IMG/VR virus record: IMGVR_UViG_3300042923_000692
Span: 1 to 26,708 of that record
Source of the DNA: a virus
Lineage: Duplodnaviria > Heunggongvirae > Uroviricota > Caudoviricetes
Reading direction: 5' to 3' (one strand)
Length of the DNA stretch: 26,708 nt
The notes below the pieces were generated by a model that was not told the DNA's origin, searched no databases, and was given only the letters and a program-made list of their open reading frames with translations. Positions 23,414-26,708 of the stretch are shown here, one piece after another. Each line of letters starts with the position of its first letter. Positions within the stretch are counted from its first letter, which is position 1. The position numbers and the translations under genes are program-made.

Positions 23414-23444
23414 AGTTTCATTATAGCGTGTGTGATTTGTGCGA
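23413..23444 (-). promoter_or_regulatory. Conserved phage promoter (class B)
   Basis: TCGC-ACAAATCACACACGC-TATAAT-GAAAC. Confidence 0.75.
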
Positions 23445-23496
23445 TGACAGGAGTAACTTCTTTAACATTAGTCACACCAGTAACACGCGTAACAGT

Positions 23497-23542
23497 AAAA
23501 ATTGGAAGCCCCTGTCAGTCTCGCGACAGGGGCTTCCAATTT
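23497..23542 (-). terminator. Strong (possibly bidirectional) terminator
   Basis: Perfect 18-bp IR AAATTGGAAGCCCCTGTC / GACAGGGGCTTCCAATTT. Confidence 0.8.
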
Positions 23543-23841
23543 CAGTACAGAACCTGTGAGGGATCGACTCTTTCGCAGCTGAACATCACATACTTCGTGA
23601 TATAGTACGCGCCCTCATTCCCTTCCCGATACGACACCTCATAGACGCTTTCGGCATCGTCGTCGGTAGAGAATAGTCCCGTCCAGTTCTCTCCATCAAG
23701 GGAGTCCCCGATCAGACGCACCTCATCTTCAGCAATCGGATCCTCGTGGTTAAGGTCCCGAATATCCAGAAGATACTTGTGCGCGATCAGCGTGGTGGCG
23801 TCTCGACGGAGATCGTTGACGTTGAGTGATGATGTTTCCAT
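23542..23841 (-). CDS. Hypothetical acidic protein (99 aa)
   Basis: Start reassigned to ATG 23841 (TGATG overlap). Confidence 0.68.
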   Translation of the reverse strand: METSSLNVNDLRRDATTLIAHKYLLDIRDLNHEDPIAEDEVRLIGDSLDGENWTGLFSTDDDAESVYEVSYREGNEGAYYITKYVMFSCERVDPSQVLY

Positions 23842-23981
23842 CAATATACCCCCATGTCTCGGAACGGATAGCACAGATACGGTAGGCTGTGATATAGGTT
23901 GTTCGGCGGAACTACATGGAATTTTTGATCTGACAGAATCTCCAGCCCGCAGGACGAGCAGAAGATACCTTTCAGCGCCAT
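23841..23981 (-). CDS. 46-aa CxxC...H...C peptide (not in track)
   Basis: MALKGIFCSSCGLEILSDQKFHVVPPNNLYHSLPYLCYPFRDMGVY; exactly fills the gap, TGATG coupling. Confidence 0.6.
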   Translation of the reverse strand: MALKGIFCSSCGLEILSDQKFHVVPPNNLYHSLPYLCYPFRDMGVY

Positions 23982-23994
23982 AGGCGTTTCTCTG

Positions 23995-24759
23995 TCAGAC
24001 CTCGTAATATCCCATGAACGGCATTCGAACGTAGTCTAGGCCGTACCCTTCTGTTCCGTCTTCGAATACAACAGGCGTCAGGGTTACCTCGAGAGGGAAT
24101 CCGTCTGTCCAACCTAGGATTTCGCCCAGTTGAGTCGTTCGAGCACCAACACGATCGTAGAAGTAGTTCAGTGAGGCAAATCCTTCTTCCTCACACTTCA
24201 CATTGGTGTCGTCCATGGCCTTGTGTACGGTCTCATCGTCGGATCGGAACTGCTGTCCGGAGAAGACGTCGAGATATAGCGTGCCCTCAGCGTCCTTAGC
24301 GAACACGTTCGGGTTCACCACCGTCTCGCGAGCTACATCCTTGATGACTTCCTCACGAATATGAGACTCTGCGTTGAAGCCGGCGAACTCGGTGATCTTC
24401 GTCCGATACTTGGCGATGGTTCGTTCGGCCAGAGCATATGCGCCCATCAGCGTTGCTTGACGCTGCGAGCTGAGCACGGTAGCGGATATCATGCATGTGG
24501 CTGTTGCGATACCGATCGAGAGTGGAATGATGTAGTAGTGCCACGTGAATTCAGCTTCTTCAAGCCGTGTGGGGAAACGCTCTTCGAATTCCTCATTCAC
24601 GCGAACTTCGTGCTGGATATGACGTTCTGCTTGTCTCCCGGCACGATGGAAAAGGTATGCGGTTGCCCCGATACCAATGACTGAAAAGGCCGTTAGTATC
24701 GATGGCGCGTGACGATTTAGTTTCTTGGCAGCGTCACTAGCCAGTTGTGATAGTTCCAC
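23995..24759 (-). CDS. DUF6353-like conserved phage protein
   Basis: HAPSILTAFSVIG...RQATLMGAYAL...YLDVFSGQQF...SLNYFYD...GEILGW pattern (recalled); RBS AGGA. Confidence 0.7.
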   Translation of the reverse strand: MELSQLASDAAKKLNRHAPSILTAFSVIGIGATAYLFHRAGRQAERHIQHEVRVNEEFEERFPTRLEEAEFTWHYYIIPLSIGIATATCMISATVLSSQRQATLMGAYALAERTIAKYRTKITEFAGFNAESHIREEVIKDVARETVVNPNVFAKDAEGTLYLDVFSGQQFRSDDETVHKAMDDTNVKCEEEGFASLNYFYDRVGARTTQLGEILGWTDGFPLEVTLTPVVFEDGTEGYGLDYVRMPFMGYYEV

Positions 24760-24809
24760 AAGAGTTTCCTATCTTGGTCGACAAAAAAGAAAGAAGAGTC
24801 TGAGCGACT

Positions 24810-24841
24810 TCCTTTCATTATAGCCCCTGTGATTCTTGCGA
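24810..24841 (-). promoter_or_regulatory. Conserved phage promoter (class B) followed at once by hairpin + T7
   Basis: TCGC-AAGAATCACAGGGGC-TATAAT-GAAAGGAAGTC-GCTCA-GACTCTTCTTTC-TTTTTT. Confidence 0.75.
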
Positions 24842-24884
24842 AAAACGGAAGGACCTGTAGCTTTCGCTAGAGGCCCCTCCGTTT
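24840..24884 (-). terminator. Cassette-boundary terminator
   Basis: AAACGGAGGGGCCT...AGGTCCTTCCGTTTTT. Confidence 0.65.
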
Positions 24885-24887
24885 CTT

Positions 24888-25124
24888 CTACTTCTCTGCG
24901 GCGTCAGATGCCTTGGTCAAGATCTTTCCGAGGAGTCCTTCGAGGTGCGCGGCGTACGTCTCGTTCTGCTTGGTGAGGTACTGCGCGTAGTTCAGCTGCG
25001 TCGTCTTCGTGTGGTTGTAGTACACGAGGGTGACGGCGGCGAGCGTTGCGACAGTACCGCCAACGATGATGGCGAGTCCGTGCTTCTCGATGAACGATTC
25101 CTTGACGGGTTCGTTTTCGGGCAT
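24888..25124 (-). CDS. Small membrane cassette protein (78 aa)
   Basis: TM helix GLAIIVGGTVATLAAVTLVYY; RBS GAAAGGA. Confidence 0.75.
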   Translation of the reverse strand: MPENEPVKESFIEKHGLAIIVGGTVATLAAVTLVYYNHTKTTQLNYAQYLTKQNETYAAHLEGLLGKILTKASDAAEK

Positions 25125-25142
25125 AGCGATTTCCTTTCAGAT

Positions 25143-25174
25143 GGGTGTCACTATAGGCCTCGTGATTAGTGCGA
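25143..25174 (-). promoter_or_regulatory. Conserved phage promoter (class A)
   Basis: TCGC-ACTAATCACGAGGCC-TATAGT-GACACCC. Confidence 0.75.
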
Positions 25175-25597
25175 ACGAGGAATATCCGACTGAGTAAACT
25201 GCGCCACACGTTCGGCATCGTAGCTCATCTCGCCCGATCGAGTTTCAGGCTCGTTGATGGTTTCGAGATATACCTTCGGTGTTTCGGCAAGTTCTCCAGG
25301 GAAGATCTCCCACAGATGCAGAACCACCTCTCGAAGCGGAAACACAGTTCCCAAATATACCGAATGATCCAGAACCTCGAACCCAGTCCCAACAAACCAG
25401 AACGTCCGATCGACTTTCTGGAGCTGTGACTTATCCAGGTGGAACCACAACTCAACCTTTGGAAGAATTCTATGCATGGCCGCGCCCGGACCAATCTCGA
25501 CCATGCGCAGATTCAGAAATGTTGCGCCGAGAGGAATTGAGCGTTCATGCTGAAGTCCTTCATCAAGATCCAGCGTGTACTTCCATACTGTATTCAT
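25166..25597 (-). CDS. Conserved phage protein (VWKY...GTG...YLGT...VLHLWE type)
   Basis: Start reassigned to ATG 25597 (RBS AAGGAG). Confidence 0.7.
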   Translation of the reverse strand: MNTVWKYTLDLDEGLQHERSIPLGATFLNLRMVEIGPGAAMHRILPKVELWFHLDKSQLQKVDRTFWFVGTGFEVLDHSVYLGTVFPLREVVLHLWEIFPGELAETPKVYLETINEPETRSGEMSYDAERVAQFTQSDIPRSH

Positions 25598-25625
25598 CGT
25601 TTTCTCCTTCTTGCTATATAGCAGA

Positions 25626-25844
25626 TTAGACGGCCACGATTTGGTCGCCTTCAATTCGATGAGTTACGGGCAGAGAAATGATTCGAAACGAACCAAACTC
25701 TTTATACTCATCGAAGTCTTCACTGATGTGGTCCCAGTATGTATTTAGATTCTGGAGACCGAAGTCGTCCACCCAATACACACCCCATGTATCGTTAGTG
25801 CGTTGAATTATGGTGTATCGAGGAAGATCTTCAAGTTTCATCAT
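25626..25844 (-). CDS. Hypothetical protein (72 aa)
   Basis: Start overlaps end of the 2H gene. Confidence 0.6.
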   Translation of the reverse strand: MMKLEDLPRYTIIQRTNDTWGVYWVDDFGLQNLNTYWDHISEDFDEYKEFGSFRIISLPVTHRIEGDQIVAV

Positions 25845-26382
25845 CCAAACCCAAGTTCAACGCCGTGGGATACAGAATACGGTTTGCGTAATGGACGTTC
25901 AGACGATTCAGCCACCGATCGATGTTCTTATCGCCCTTGATGTATGCCAGGGTAATATGTGGCTTGTACTCAGTGAACTGATTGGTGTGAGGCAGAGCCT
26001 GAAGACGCTTGTTCGCGTTCAGCAGGTTAGCCGAGGGGACAACCTCCAGGACAATACATTTGTAGTCCTGACCCTCGACAGTGCTGGGGAAATAAGACGC
26101 CTTACGAACGTAGATCTCGTCCGGCGTCCAACCGTCCAGCGCAGCCATGACATCGTCTACATACGTCTCGCTCGGGTGAATGCCGAATAGGAGCGTGACG
26201 TGCGCGTTCTTCTCCGCCACTGGGCCTTGAGCATACGAGAGCTCCGGAACATCACCGTAGAAGAAATGCTTCTCCTTAAGGTCCGGACCGAAGGCCGCGT
26301 GTACATCCAGTGGGGCCAGGTCCAACATGACACATTCAAGATCGGGGTTCTCCAATCCTTCGGGCATGGGAATATTAGCCAT
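25831..26382 (-). CDS. 2H phosphoesterase, Acb1/T4 57B-like candidate
   Basis: Two HxT motifs: AHVTLLFG and YKPHITLAY. Confidence 0.75.
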   Translation of the reverse strand: MANIPMPEGLENPDLECVMLDLAPLDVHAAFGPDLKEKHFFYGDVPELSYAQGPVAEKNAHVTLLFGIHPSETYVDDVMAALDGWTPDEIYVRKASYFPSTVEGQDYKCIVLEVVPSANLLNANKRLQALPHTNQFTEYKPHITLAYIKGDKNIDRWLNRLNVHYANRILYPTALNLGLDDET

Positions 26383-26406
26383 TTTCGGCCTCTTCTCTCT
26401 CCATTG

Positions 26407-26703
26407 TCATTTCTCAATTGCCTTTCGTTCGATAAACTCGATCTCGTCCGTCTGAACAACCTGAGTGACAGGCTTCCATCTGGGTTTCCACTCAATAAGC
26501 ATTCCTCGTTCGCTCGGCTTTAGAGATTCAAACTGAGCAAACTGGAGATTCGGGAATCTAATAAGTAGCTCGTGGAGTAGATAATTCAGCGCCTTGATTT
26601 TATCGCTACCCAAATCGGTCCACGAGATGTCCTCGATGAAATAAGAGCCAGACGAGTCGTTACTCATACCACTCTTGACCATGGCGTCAATCTGCAGATC
26701 CAT
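26407..26703 (-). CDS. Hypothetical protein (possibly 5'-truncated by window edge)
   Basis: Open frame continues to the window end. Confidence 0.55.
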   Translation of the reverse strand: MDLQIDAMVKSGMSNDSSGSYFIEDISWTDLGSDKIKALNYLLHELLIRFPNLQFAQFESLKPSERGMLIEWKPRWKPVTQVVQTDEIEFIERKAIEK

Positions 26704-26708
26704 GGAGA

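Noticed and set aside
23455-23497. Short GTAAC/TAAC repeats (CCAGTAACA also at ~22917)
   Set aside because: Too short and too few to distinguish from chance in an AT-richer spacer

Overview
This is a 26.7-kb segment of a tailed-phage genome. Essentially all real genes are on the minus strand, tightly packed, with TGATG/ATGA overlaps and GAAAGGA/AAGGAG RBSs. The gene families (DUF6353-like protein, VRR-NUC, DUF2800-like nuclease, 'H-G-x-K-GMKWG' N-terminal motif, HTH+DFDGD protein) suggest the Lactococcus 1706 / Rhodococcus Pepy6-like siphovirus lineage. The M15 endolysin and moderately high GC suggest an actinobacterial host. Both assignments are inferences from recalled family motifs; no search was run. 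In transcription order (high to low coordinates) the window holds: an Acb1-like 2H phosphoesterase; a first array of promoter/terminator-bounded cassettes, including a probable structured ncRNA; a ~14-kb operon (BCS1-like AAA ATPase, multi-HTH protein, HicA-like/C2H2 fusion, metallophosphoesterase, and a Prs-like + Nampt-like pair matching the NARP1 NAD+-reconstitution anti-defence pathway); a second cassette array; an AT-rich iteron-like region; VRR-NUC; a Cas4/DUF2800-like nuclease; a 927-aa single-chain two-barrel RNA polymerase candidate; a perfect inverted repeat that may be the cos end; tRNA-Tyr; and the start of an endolysin. The most novel-looking system is a possible self-contained transcription module with three parts: the RdRP/YonO-like RNA polymerase, a catalysis-less paralogue of its N-terminal HTH region 13 kb away, and 12 copies of a fixed-spacing non-canonical promoter (TCGC-N5-TCACA-N5-TATART).
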